Source: Antedon mediterranea
Taxonomy: Eukaryota; Animalia; Echinodermata
Assembly (NCBI RefSeq): GCF_964355755.1
Contig: NC_092679.1
Location: forward strand, 8,214,201-8,278,200
Reading direction: 5' to 3'
Length of the DNA stretch: 64,000 bases
The position numbers and the translations under genes are program-made. The notes under the pieces are model-generated. The model worked only from the letters and a program-made list of their open reading frames with translations. It was not told where the DNA came from and did no database searches. Shown one piece after another: positions 1 to 18,099 of the stretch (position 1 is its first letter; every line of letters begins with the position of its first letter).

Positions 1-574
1 AAATGTTCACCAAATTTGCACGTTATTTCAGTGATAATCCAATTATACTCGGCCTTCGAGGATAATAAATCTCCGATAGAGGCAATGTGTCAAATTTTGA
101 CAAACGTTCGCTGCCTAGGCCCGTCATTTCTCCTACGAAGCTCTTCCATACATGCTTCGAGAGCGATCGTCAGCTGGTGCTGTCCTTGTTGGTGTAGACC
201 GCTTAGTAGGCCTAGCTGGTCGGTGGTGTTTCCGTCGTGTAACATTGGGCTCAAATTCTTCGTCAATGAGTAAAATAATGGTCGTCAGGAGAAGGCATAT
301 TTCGGCAGGATTATCGGCGTTAAGAGGCATAAGGTTTGTCGCAAGGATAAGCAGTGTAAAAGGTAACAAGTAATTGTTATATTATTGTAAAGTTAAGAAA
401 GATCGCGAGTGAAAAATATACAACACGAAACTAGCGTGCGAAAATGGGGTCGTAGGTTGTAAAAGACAACTGACCTTAAAACGTAATTTCCGGTTTGTGA
501 TTCGTCGATTAAGCATTTAAGCGGTTAAATATTTCAAGCACGAACAACCCTCAATTTATAACCCGAGGCTTACC

Positions 575-845
575 CGAGTCTTCTCGGATAAGGACTATAA
601 ACCGTAGGTCCAGTGTACACATAGCTCATACGCACTTTAAAGAACCTAGTACATCTTTCGAGACGAGTAGGGGGTTACCCCGGTGTACTAGTCCACACAA
701 ACACAGCCACTGTCACACACAGCCACTGTGCAAATTGGGACTGGACCGTTTTAGAGGTGTTTACCACCTGTTGGTCCAGATCCTTCACTAACTGAGTTAG
801 TGAGAAGTCGAATAAATAAATTTTAAAAAAATAAATAAAATAAAA
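575..845 (+). mobile_element. SINE fragment with Deu/Nin-type central domain and A-rich tail
   Basis: Motifs TTCTCGGATAAGGACTATAAACCGTAGGTCC, CACTTTAAAGAACC and GAGTAGGGGGTTACCCCGGTGT resemble, from memory, the conserved Deu/Nin SINE core; followed by an AATAA-rich tail at about 811-845. No tRNA-like head recognised. Confidence 0.6.
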
Positions 846-2841
846 TTAAGCGCTTATTTTAACCACCGTACGAACACGACCTTATAGGGGGAAGTAACAC
901 CTATAGGGGGAAATATTTAATTATCACATGATTAGATTAATCCCCACATATACATCCTAATATATATCTCTTTATTTAACCTCACATTGACTGGTTACCT
1001 TCCTGTTACCTTCACTTTTCTAGCTAATGGATTTTAAGAATGTTAATGACTCTAACAGAAAACCACATTAATTCTCTTAATCCTAATTGGTCAGATGAGA
1101 TGGGCCAAGCCCAATATTACCATGCACTGACCACATTATTAACACACTCTTTTCTCAACTAGTCATGTAGCTACACCATTTTATTGCTGTCTTATCAAAC
1201 ATTGTATATTGTATATTTTATCTATTTATTGAGAATCCTCACTTGATTCGTTTGGAATAAATGGCATACTTACTTTATACATTTACTGTAGTAGTTGTTT
1301 TATTTTACCATTGCGCCAACAATTACTAAACTATATTTCCAACCGATGCTAAAATCATTCAAATTCATTCCCTATACGAGCACCACTTTTAAGGATCTAT
1401 CTGAATCAAAATAGGTTAATGAAGGTTAATAGTCATAAAGTTGATGACAGTAGTGAATAAACTTATATTTAATAATGATTAGTTTGATGATGGCTATAGT
1501 ACAGTGTATACAACAGCTAGTTAAACTTCAATAGTGATAACACTGACGATCTAAGCTTAAAGTTGGTAGTTTTAGGCACTTCGGCAAGAATAATATTAGA
1601 GAAATTTTGGCCAGGCTCTTGAATATGACAATGAAAATTAAGCTTCACAATTCAATTTGTTAACATTTTTAAATTTGGAACATTTTGTTTCTAGTTATAG
1701 TGTAGATGACTTAAATACAGTGGACAGATAATGCATATATTGACTATGTGAACCACAGATAGGCACATTTTTTTATTATTATAGTAGGTAGATCCAACCA
1801 ATTTATGTGATGATTTTTATAAAATCTGGTTTAAATAGGCATCAATCATTGTTAAAGTTCCATGAGAACACTAAAAAACATAGAAAAAAATATTATTTGA
1901 TGTTCTATTTGAATCAATAATCAGACGCGTAATTCCGTTACCATGTCATGTAATTCTGTTACCAGACAAAACTAACCAAATGCAGAGAAACTATGAAAAT
2001 ATCCGAAGTAAACTTGTATTAATAAATTAGCCACATCTTATGTCTATATACTCTAATAGTAATACCAATCATAATCTTCAGTTGTTTATAGTATTCAGAC
2101 GAAATCACGTGTTTCAAGTTAAAAATTTAATTATCAATTTTCTGTGTAATTCCGTTACCAAAATAAAAGTTACCTGAATATCAAGATTTTATAATTTTTT
2201 TTTTTAAGTAGACTGTTTTAGATTGATAAGTATGTGTACTACACACACATATCAAATTTATTATTCAAAGCTTTCCCAGATCTAGTGGGTTGGTTAAAAA
2301 AGGCCGAAAATCATTGTGAATTGTTATTCCGTTACCGTGGAATTGCCCATATAATAATATTTTATGGTGAACAATTATAAATCCGACCCGATCATCTTCC
2401 CTTTATTTTTATAATGGAACGTCTAATTATATTGGGCCCGAACGTCTGCATGAATTGGTACCCGATCGTCCATGGCCCCGATCGTCTGGCAATTGGCAAA
2501 CTCCACTGGACTAGACTGCCTGCAAAATAATCTGAGACAAGTATATATTAATATTATATATTTGCCAAGTCCTGTGGTCTTAGCTACAATACAGTCTACG
2601 TACCTACAATAGATTAGTAGTGTAGTACTACTGGTAGAATAAAGTATTTCTAGCATTATATTATAGGCCTAGTCCTCCCGCCAACATAGAATGAATGGTA
2701 AATACCATCAACATTCTGCATTCTTTTAATAAAGCCTAATGATAAGGGGATTTAGTTACTTTAAAATGATAAATATAATTATAAAAAAAAATAATTTTTT
2801 TCCTGCAGATTGTAGAAAAAAACCAATTTAATTAAATAATA

Positions 2842-7574
<4,733 letters not shown>

Positions 7575-7703
7575 AAATAGAAGGTTAGTTGCTATATCTT
7601 ACCAGCTAAAACTCTAGATAAATTCAAGTACTACTAATAAAGTATGTTAATTATCAAAATATATTTTCCTTATAAACACTGTATTTTGGCTAGGATTTTA
7701 ATA

Positions 7704-10700
7704 TAGTCAGGTGGCTTAGCAACAATTTTCAGGATTAACGTTACCGGCCGGACAAAAGTACCAAATTTGGCATGGAGTTTCCTTTCGACCTATCTATTGA
7801 TTTTTTCCGTGGAACCCACTTGATCCGGTCCAATTTTCCAAGATGGCGGCCAAAATCCAAGATGGCAGCCAGAAAAAAGGAAATGCCATATATCTGGCTG
7901 TAAGACTCATAAATCAACAAATGGGGTGTCAATGTCAGGGTTTCTGGGGGTCACTGAAACAGAAGCTGGTCATGTCATGTTCCTCAGACCACCAATTTCC
8001 AAGATGGCGGTCAAATTTTAAAATGGCCGCCAAAAAAATCAAATGTCATATATCAGACTGTAAAAATCAGAAATTAACAAATGAGGTGTCAATTCAGGGG
8101 TTTCTGAGGTCACTGTAATAGATGCTGGTCAAGCCATTTTGCTCAGGTCACCCAATTCCAAGATGGCGGCCAAATTTCAAAATGGCTGCCAAAAAAAGGA
8201 AATATTATATAAGGCTGTAAAAATCATAAATGAACAAATAAGGTGTCAATTCAAAGGTATCTGAGGTTACTGAAACAGATACTGGTCAAGCCATTTTGCT
8301 CAGGTTACTCATTTCCAAGATGACGGTCAAATTTAAAAATGGAAATGGCCAGATCTCTATGGTGAGAAAGTCTACGTAGTTATGATGGGCGGACTGCACA
8401 TTGAGAAGGAGCTATGGAACACTGTTGGCGATTTATTAGATGAGTCAGTTTGGACAACGGCTCTCACTGAATCTGACGTTGCTTCATCTGGAACAGCTGA
8501 TTCATTGCTGAAAGTATCACACATTACCAGAACTCGACATGCCCATCAAGTCACTGTTCTTGTTCTTCAGCGGCTACTGAATGAAGCATTTAACCAGAGA
8601 TCTAATGTTGATGAGAGTTTGAACAATTGTCTAAGAAATCCCCCAAGTTCAAGTTCTGGAACATGATCGCACACCATGAGATTCTGATTCTCATATTTGT
8701 TAGAGCCCATCGGGAGAGACTTCCTATTGCTTCCTATTTCTGTATTGGAGGCACTCGTGCCATTGTTCGTTGCGTTAGATCATGTGAACTATTCTCGGTG
8801 GCTGCCTGTACACATTAGAGACATGAAGGCATTGCCACAAGAGATCAAATATGAGTTTGAAATTCGGAATCACTGGACAATCGCAAAGTCGTTACACAGA
8901 TACTCTGCGATTCCAATAGACCAAGTGCATGAGCAAGAGAATAAAGTGGTGAAAGCATCCGGTGGTGTAGTAGGACTTACAGAGAACAGTTGCCTTCAGA
9001 CGCTGGATGACTGCTGGACCCGAGATTGCCAGACTTCTGAGACAGTATGAGAATGAATATATTCATGACAATGATCCGGAAAACCCAGCTAACTTTGAAC
9101 ACCATGAACAGGGACTTGCAGCACAGAAAACCTTCCAGCGACAGGTTGATAGTCTATCTAACACAATACGCAAGATGGGAAATCCCTTCCTAGATGACTT
9201 CCCTGAGTTAGTAACTCTTGATAGTCGTAACTGCGCGAATGAGGCAGTAGTGGATACAATCCGTACACTAGAAGATACAGGCACAAAGAAGTATCAAGAG
9301 TATGTGAAGACCGTGCTCGTGAATCGTAGTCGTTACCATACATGATACAATCTCAAAGAATTCACCACCCTTGCTCTCAACAAAGCTCAAAGTCAAATCA
9401 AAGGATTGCAAGAAAGTAAAGGTGCTTGAGAACAATGTGGCACTCTTCGGCCAGTTATACATTTCCTTACAAAATAGAGATGGTGACATCAGTGAATTCT
9501 TTGCACACGAAGTACAGTCGTATCCTCCATCCCTGTCTGAGTTTGGAAAGCTTAATCTGTCTGGTACCAAATGTCATCTGTTACAATGTATCGAATCAAA
9601 CCACACAGAGGCACCTGTATTATATGACTGCAAAGTTCTGGATGGTGCGGTGACAGTACATGCATTACCTGTAATAAATGTCTCAACATTCCAAGAATAT
9701 GCTGACAACGTGTTTATACCCCATCTGAAACGTCAGCTACGTGACACAAAGCGAGTGGATGTTGTGTGGGACGAATACCGACCAGATAGCCTTAAGGAGG
9801 GAACCAGAGAGAAACGAGGCAAAGGTGTGCGTAGACAAGTATCAGGTGATACCAAGCTGCCGGGCAACTGGAATGACTTCCTCCGTGATCCAATCAACAA
9901 GAAAGAACTTTTTTGAATTCCTTTCATCAAAAGTTGCGGATTGCAGCATCCCTCCTGAGTGTTCGGTATATATCACAGCTGGAGAGCATGTTACATGTGT
10001 TAGAACGCAGTTCAAAATGTCCAGCTGTAGTCAAGAGGAATCAGACACTGGGATTGTGGTTCACGTGAAACACGCGTTGGAAAATGGAGCAAAATCCATC
10101 CAGGTGCAAACTGTGGATACAGATGTTGTCGTTGTTCTTATCGGTGTGTTTCATGACCTCTCTCAGATAAATGCTGATCTTGATCTCTGGATAGCATTTG
10201 GAACTGGAAAGAACTACACTCATTACAGTATCAACGCCATTTGTGCACATCTCGGTGAACGTAAATCACGTTCCCTGCCAATGTTCCACTCCCTGTCAGG
10301 ATGTGATACTACCTCAGCGTTTAGAGGTAATGGGAAGAAATCGTTTTGGCAGGCATGGAATGCTTATGACGAAGTTACGGATGCCTCCTTTCTTCATCTT
10401 GCCGCACATCCGTTTGAGCATCTTCACTTACATTCTGAGAGACTAGTTGTCGTAGTTTATGACAAAACAAGTAACGCCATGAATGTTAACAGTGCTCGGA
10501 TGGAACTGGTTCAGCCAGAAACGGCAAGCTGTTGACAAGATACCACCTACTCAGAATGCACTATAACTCCAGCACACTAGGAGGGCCGTATACCAAGCTG
10601 GCATCTGGACAACATGCATGTTATCTCAACAAACAAATCCGTGTCCAACCGACTATGCATGAGTGAAAGTTGGGAACTCATGGGAACCTGTCTGGTCTAC

Positions 10701-11416
10701 CATTCCAGTGGCATCTAAAGCTTGCAGAGACTTTGTGAAATGTGGCTGCAAAAGGGCCTGTACAGTCTGCAAATGCTCTTTGCCGGTGCACATGTTCATA
10801 CAAATAGGGTAAATCAACTGTAATTAACTGTAAACTGTAATGTAGCTATTATATAAGTCCAATAACCATTAACAAGTCGAGCCAAGTAAACCTTTTTCAT
10901 ACATTGTTTTTGTTAATTTCTAAGTTTTTGGGGTTTTTTTGGAAGCCATTTGGAAATTTGGCCGCCATTTTGGAAATGGGTGACCTGAGCAAAATGGCTT
11001 GACCAGCATCTGTTTCGGTGACCCCAGAAACCCCTGAATTAATACCTCATTTGTTCATTTCCGATTTTTAGAGTGACATACACAACATTTCCTTTTTTAG
11101 GCGGCCATTTTGAAATTTGGCCGCCATCTTGGAAATAGGTGGTCTGAGCAATATGGCATAACCAGCATCTGTTTCATTGACCCCAGAAACCCTTAAATTG
11201 ACACCCCATTTGTTGATTTACGAGTTTTACAGCCAGATATATGGCATTTCCTTTTTTCTGGCGGCCATCTTGGATTTTGGCAGCCATCTTGGAAAATCGG
11301 ACCCGATCAAGTGGGTTCCACGGATAAAATCAATAGATAGGTCAAAAGGAAACTCCATACCAATTTTGGTACTTTTGTCCGGCCGGTAACGTTAAAATTG
11401 CTAAGCCACCTGACTA
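7704..11416 (+). mobile_element. Academ (AcademX-type) DNA transposon, internally deleted and decayed
   Basis: Termini TAGTCAGGTGGCTTAGCAA...TTGCTAAGCCACCTGACTA, 3-bp TSD ATA (7701-7703 and 11417-11419), TIRs of several hundred bp, and internal transposase, XPG-like and Cys-rich coding remnants. Confidence 0.88.
8343..10800 (+). pseudogene. Frameshifted Academ transposase + XPG/FEN-like nuclease + Cys-rich zinc finger
   Basis: Fragments across several frames: VVMMGGLHIE, ALDHVNYSRWLPVH, AIPIDQVHEQEN, VLDGAV, VDVVWDEY, SQEESDT, TVDTDV, H3TH-like HSLSGCDTTSAFRGNGKKS, and C-terminal VKCGCKRACTVCKC; multiple frameshifts and stops. Confidence 0.82.
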
Positions 11417-12021
11417 ATATGCATATTGTTTAATTCAGTTACAACAATTTAATACAGTTTTTTATAGGTTGAAGCAACTACAGTATTTGTTTCACAACTT
11501 TTTAATATATTTTTAATCTACAATCTAAATCTTGGTCTCTACTGAATAATAAAATCTTGAATGAACATCTTTTTAAATCAAATTGACTAGATCAGTAGAA
11601 TAAGATTTTTTTTAATATGTTTTTGTAATTGCGATACAATTTTTTGCTGTATATTTTCTTTTTTAAATTTTTTAAATTTTAAATATTTTCAATTTTAGTG
11701 CTTAATCAGGTTTTAAATAATTTAATTTTGTAATGAAAATCATGAAATAATGCAAAATAGTGCATTGTAATTATAGCATTTTAAAGACTGTAAACCATGC
11801 TAAGACTTCAATAAAATTTCAAAATAATAAAATTACAAATCTATTGTTTGGTAAATGCTAATATTCCATATTAAGGATATTGTGTGGTTTTGATGAATCA
11901 TCCTGTCATTGTCATCATATGTTTAATTGTCTTGTAAGTGATTCCAAAGTTTTATTTGTCCATTAAGCTTTAAATATCCATTGCATCAATTTTTTTTTGT
12001 TATTATGACAATGCAAAAAAC

Positions 12022-13432
12022 TAATATGTTTGCTTATACACTATATTACAACACAGAATTGAATAATTTTATTACAACGATATATTATACCCTTCCACCA
12101 TTGATTAGTATGTTTGCTTATACACTATATTACAACACAGAATTGAATAATTCTATTACAACGATATACTAGACCCTTCCACCATTGATTAGTATGTTTG
12201 CTTATACACAATATTACAACACAGAATTGAATAATTCTATTACAACGATATACTAGACCCTTCCACCGTTGATTAGTATGTTTGCTTATACACAATATTA
12301 CAACACAGAATTGAATAATTCAATTACATCGATATACTAGACCCTTCCACCGTTGATTAGTATGTTTGCTTATACACTATATTACAACACAGAATTGAAT
12401 AATTCTATTACAACGAAATATTAGACCTAGCTTCCACCATTGATTAGTATGTTTGCTTATACACAATATTACAACACAGAATTGAATAATTCTATTACAA
12501 CGATATACTAGACCCTTCCACCATTGATTAGTATGTTTGCTTATACACAATATTACAACACAGAATTGAATAATTCTATTACAACGAAATATTAGACCCT
12601 TCCACCGTTGATTAGTATGTTTGCTTATACACAATATTACAACACAGAATTGAATAATTCTATTACAACGATATATTAGACCCTTCCACCATTGATTAGT
12701 ATGTTTGCTTATACACAATATTACAACACAGAATTGAATAATTCTATTACAACGATATATTAGACCCTTCCGCCATTGATTAGTATGTTTGCTTATAATT
12801 ATACACTATATTACAACACAGAATTGAATAATTCTATTACAACGAAATATTAGACCTAGCTTCCACCATTGATTAGTATGTTTGCTTATACACAATATTA
12901 CAACACAGAATTGAATAATTCTATTACAACGATATACTAGACCCTTCCACCATTGATTAGTATGTTTGCTTATACACAATATTACAACACAGAATTGAAT
13001 AATTCTATTACAACGAAATATTAGACCCTTCCACCGTTGATTAGTATGTTTGCTTATACACAATATTACAACACAGAATTGAATAATTCTATTACAACGA
13101 TATATTAGACCCTTCCACCATTGATTAGTATGTTTGCTTATACACAATATTACAACACAGAATTGAATAATTCTATTACAACGATATATTAGACCCTTCC
13201 GCCATTGATTAGTATGTTTGCTTATAATTATACACAATATTACAACACAGAATTGAATAATTTTATTACAACGATATATTAGACCCTTTCACCATTGATT
13301 AGTATGTTTGCTTATACACAATATTACAACACAGAATTGAATAATTCTATTACAACGATATACTAGACCCTTTCACCATTGATTAGTATGTTTGCTTATA
13401 TAGACTGTATTACAACAATATATTAGACCCTT
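12022..13432. repeat. 84-bp tandem repeat, about 16-17 copies
   Basis: Unit AGTATGTTTGCTTATACACAATATTACAACACAGAATTGAATAATTCTATTACAACGATATACTAGACCCTTCCACCATTGATT; period 84 (12191 to 12275). Confidence 0.96.
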
Positions 13433-13598
13433 TCAATGACATGTTACTTTAACCCTAACAAATTAATATTATTGGCAAGTTTATAAATGTTTATTTTGCA
13501 TCTCTATTAAGATCCAGTTACTGTTAACAACACACTATTGCTTTTCCCCTTCAATTTGCCTTTGTTATATCAAACCCTTAAATGTATTGATAATTAAT

Positions 13599-16209
13599 TT
13601 ACATATAATCAAATGTATCCATGATGGCCGCTGTCGCCATGCCACCACCAAACATAGCTGGTACTGCTAAAAATGACAGAATGTTGAGTGTTCCCAATCC
13701 TGATAATCCATGTCCACTGAAAAATAATAATTGATATTAGGATTTGGCGTTCTTGTTTGTAATAATCAATACAAACATGGTGAGTAGACAGTTACCTGGT
13801 GCAACCTCCTGCTAGTCGTGCTCCAAACACCATAAGAGCACCTCCCAGGAAAGCTTCTACTGCACCAACACCTTCAGCGCTGCCGTATGTACCAGACAGA
13901 TGCGATGACATGAACCCACCTAATATTGCAGATGCCACATAATATACCTGCAAATATATTTAATATTTTAAAAGTGTCTATTGCTTTTGGAAATAAACAA
14001 ATTTAGATTAAAATTGTTTAATTTATAACAGAAAAAAATGTTCCCTCACTTGCCACCAATTGTCTATGCCACCACTGAGATTTGCCAAATAAGGAGACCA
14101 TTTGTTAAGACTATCATTAGAAAAAGCTTGTGATACCATTGTACAGTAACTACTACTTCCTCCAAGTGTGTCCTCAACTGCCAAAATGATTGGGATTTGA
14201 AGTAGGCCAATCAATCCACCTGAAACATAAAATTGGTTAAATGTGTTCATCATGTTCAAATCCATATCATATGCTGAAATAAGACTACTGAGATATGAGA
14301 AAATATCGGAATATTGTATTGTTTTACTTTTTGTTGAAAAATATTTTTTTAAATAGGGAAAAGAGCAGTTTACCACATAAATATGAAGGCCAAGCCCTGA
14401 GATGTAATACCGTTTCAGCTTGTAATTGTCTGTCCGTTAACTCTGATGTCCATGGGTATAGATGTTCCACTAATGCCACCATTAAGAGAAGGCACATTGC
14501 CAATGGCAATGCAATGCTTAGATACTTAACTTCAAAATATCTTTCTAAGCTGAAAACAAATAATTTCTTTTATGCTTTAGAAAGAAAGGGTAAGCCCCAA
14601 GTACATCGCCTTTACTAAACTCATACTCATAGTATTATACAATACAAAACTAAATTTGCCAGAACTTAATTGTGTTCACTATAGCAACTATAACATGGCA
14701 TATTGCCCTCCCTGTGTTTTGATAATCTTATGTACACAAGTTAAGGGGTATTGATTATATTATCACAAGCTTTCAGGTCAACACTACAGTATATTACCGG
14801 TTTTATTACTATTTTGATGTGCGAAATTAGTACCGCTAAGGAATAGAAAATCGGGACTCACGTATAGACTTTGAATTTAAATGTAGGTGTCATGTAATTA
14901 GCTATAGATGATTCTATCAGACCATATATCAATGCTCCTACCAAACATCCAACGAAAGTCGTACCTGAAACCAATAATTATTGTACTACCACTATAACTT
15001 TCGCAACATTATTCATTGTTTTTGTGATTTATGATTATTCTTTAAAATACACACTAGTGTCTAAACGTACCTGCGTTGTTCACTCCCGATCCAAATTGAA
15101 TAAGAACATTTCCGGGACACTGAAAAATCCATTATAAATATTATTATTACCCAATTTTTTCGACATACTGTACATCCATTTTTATTTTTAACTGGATCCT
15201 TAATTTAGCTGTTCAAGAAGTACAGTATTTAATTATATTGTTGAACAGGTACTTCCAGCATAATATAGGCATATTATTATTAGTGTAATAGTTGCCTTGT
15301 CTAAATACCGTAGTAGAGGGATTTTGTTTTAAAAACGGACAAAATGTTTCTTACTCCTCCCGACAACGTCATCCCGGCTCCTAGAAAGGCTCCTCCGACA
15401 GATGTGGCGGTAACACTCTTTGAGAAGACGCCCGTGAGGTAGTTTCTACTTGCCGTTTGAAATGATGACTTGAAGGCAACAGACATGACAGAGAAACAAA
15501 TCAAACTAGATGCAACTGCTGACAAAAACATTTTCATCATCACGAACTTTCTAAATTGCATTTGCTGCCTGATTAGCCATGGCTCAAATACTGAAATGTA
15601 CAAATTGAGAGATACATGTAATGGAAGAATTTAGAACACCTTTAGTGCATTGCATAAAAAATAGAATACAATTATAATAATATTATACATAGTTCACGTC
15701 GTATCATTATATATGATACGACGTGAACTATGTTTAACTACTCTGACTGAGTTCACCGTCTTAATCCGGAACCTGCTGTGCTGAGAGATGCTTGTCACTA
15801 TGGAAACAGCGCATAGGCTACTAGCCTTGTAACTGATAATGGTGTTTTTAAAATCTCAACAGAATCTTAATTCCAACCCGTAAATATTCGGATTTCAAAA
15901 CAGATTAAAACAGTACAGTAATTAATACAGTGATTGTTGTCAGTGTTGATGATGCATTATGATGTTGGTAGATGATGATGATAACGTATCATTATTGGCC
16001 TAACCTCGTCCCTTTTCCATTGCAAATCCAAAAACAATTCCTGTTGATGCGCAAACAAATAACTTTGCAACTTGTTGCCACCAATTTATCTTGGTATTGA
16101 AGGCAACATCTAATACGTCACTTTTAAGTAAACCTGGTGACATTCCATTGCTCTCTTCTTTTGTTTGCCTACGGCGAGCTACTGATGCTTCAGTGTAGAC
16201 GTCTTGCAT
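13599..16209 (-). CDS. YeeE/YedE-family (TsuA-like) sulfur-compound/thiosulfate transporter, 8 exons
   Basis: In-frame GT-AG exons 16209-16005, 15590-15355, 15119-15071, 14964-14862, 14549-14374, 14219-14050, 13947-13796, 13716-13599 give a Gly-rich multi-TM protein with GIVFGFAMEKGRV, GGAFLGAGMTLSGGCPG and FLGGALMVFGARLAGGCTSGHGLSG, the paired GC motifs of the Sulf_transp family; ends in TAA; AATAAA-like signal at about 13490. Confidence 0.88.
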
Positions 16210-18099
16210 TTTGTATTTTTCGTAACGTTACCTTCAAACTGGATAGTACTAAAAAAACTCGTCAGCCGGCAACTACCGAATAAGCGTCACTTAAAGTGTG
16301 ACTTTTTAAATACGATGATATTTCAAAGTTTCAAAGAAGACAAGAACATGACTCGATTTCTGGGTTGATGACAAACGATCCACTCCTCTTGTTAAATTGA
16401 ATTATCATAGTAGCCAATGTGCTGCGGCGGATTGCTAACGACACACAAGACTATGAACTGTGTGAAAATGTTCAAATACCGTTCAAACAAACTCAATATT
16501 GCATACGTTTACTTGAAATGGTACCGACACAAGTATATAGAAATTTCGCTTACAAACTGAATAACAGGTCCACGTTCTGTAATTATTTCCTGAACGTCAC
16601 GACACGTCCCAAAATCTTCTCCTTTCTATTCAATTGTCGATAATGGAACAATCCATGCGTAGTGTTCAATTGTTAAAATCCTTCAATACCTACCAGATAG
16701 CATTCAGATCGAATACTGTATAGTCAAACGACATACCAATATTTGAACGGGTTGTGGTGAATAAAAGGTGCTTTTGAGGGCTGTTTTCCCTCCAAATCTT
16801 ATTTTGTACAATTGTAATATTTGCTGATTTCAAAAGAGCCTAAGAGTCATTTAAACTACGGTACACTACGTCGGTACAACACCGATTTCAGTGTATTGTG
16901 TGTTTAAAGTTGGATGCTTCGTGTTTTATGATGACTCACTGTATAATCCGGTTTTCATTATTTTTATAGTGGTGGTAATTGCGTCTGTCTCAGCAATTAT
17001 CGGTACCCTGCTTCCGACATCAGGACTAATATCCGGATAAGATACTCCGATTACCATTAAATGCTAAATTTGCATACGCGAAATCCGAACAAAGTGATTG
17101 TTATTGTGAACATTAATGTGGCATATCAAGCAACTATGCCTCTCACACTAGATTTCCTCATCTTCGTGTTTCTGTTACGACTTTTTTTTTTATAAAAAGG
17201 GAAATCCCGGTCAGCAAAACCAAGTAGCTGTTATAGAGAAAAAATCTGCCAAAAATGTTTACTTGCCTTAAACAAACGTGTATATGATCATTTTACTGAA
17301 TTATTCAATTAAAAAAATATATGGAAAATGACATTAACTGCGTCGTCTATTTGACACGCACCCTATAAATGCGTGTTTTATATAAAATGGGAATCCCGGT
17401 CAACAAAAACACGTAGCACGAAATCTACAGGGAGTTCTTAATTCAAACAATCTTATATAGGGGCCTACCAATAAAATGTACATACCGTTTTATTGAATCT
17501 AATAGAAAGTAATATTTACTTGATCGATATAACGTAATCAGGGAAGATAATTAGGTGATAAGGATAAAAATTGATAAGTAGGCCTATAAAAATGATACGT
17601 TGTTGGTAGAGCCTACTTTTGGTTTAGAAGTCTGGGGTAGGCCTAGTACGTATAGTCGCGTACCTATATCCTATTTTACTTATCCAAAAAATGTGGATTA
17701 TATGCCATGACTTTCTCTGATTTTATGGCTCCATCATCATCATCCGTTACGCTATTCGTCTTAGACATTGCGTAGGCCTACGCTAATCGTTTCCATGACT
17801 CTCTTTCGGTGGTCTGATGGTCTGTCATTAATTTTGCGATCGATGTATTTGCTTTTTTGAGTTCTTTATTTATATTTCCTATCCATCTTCTCCATATTTA
17901 AAGACCTGGGTATTGTAGACGTTTGTCTGAATGGCCTATATAATTAAGTTTTGTTCATGACAAATTAATGCAAAAACACCGCATCAAACTATGGAGTACT
18001 TGTTTATGCACCAGATTTAGTATAATAATTTTCAATTGTAAAAGCTTAAAATAACCAATACCAATCAATAATTCACAGTTTGGATATAATTTGACTGAA

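Noticed and set aside
1900-2500. AATTCCGTTACC and CCCGATCGTC motif clusters as regulatory sites
   Set aside because: More likely subterminal repeats of decayed MITEs; boundaries and TSDs could not be resolved.
8382-10535. Host XPG/FEN1 or asteroid-like nuclease gene
   Set aside because: Intronless, frameshifted, fused to transposase motifs and enclosed by TIRs with a TSD, so it is Academ coding sequence.
12377-13237. Cys/Trp-rich repeat ORFs (113 aa and 143 aa, minus strand)
   Set aside because: A by-product of an 84-bp unit lacking stops in one frame; indels break the frame and no splice or start context supports a gene.
13599-16209. Bacterial contamination as the source of the YeeE-like gene
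   Set aside because: Seven spliceosomal introns, host-like base composition and contiguity with ATG2 and GPATCH2.
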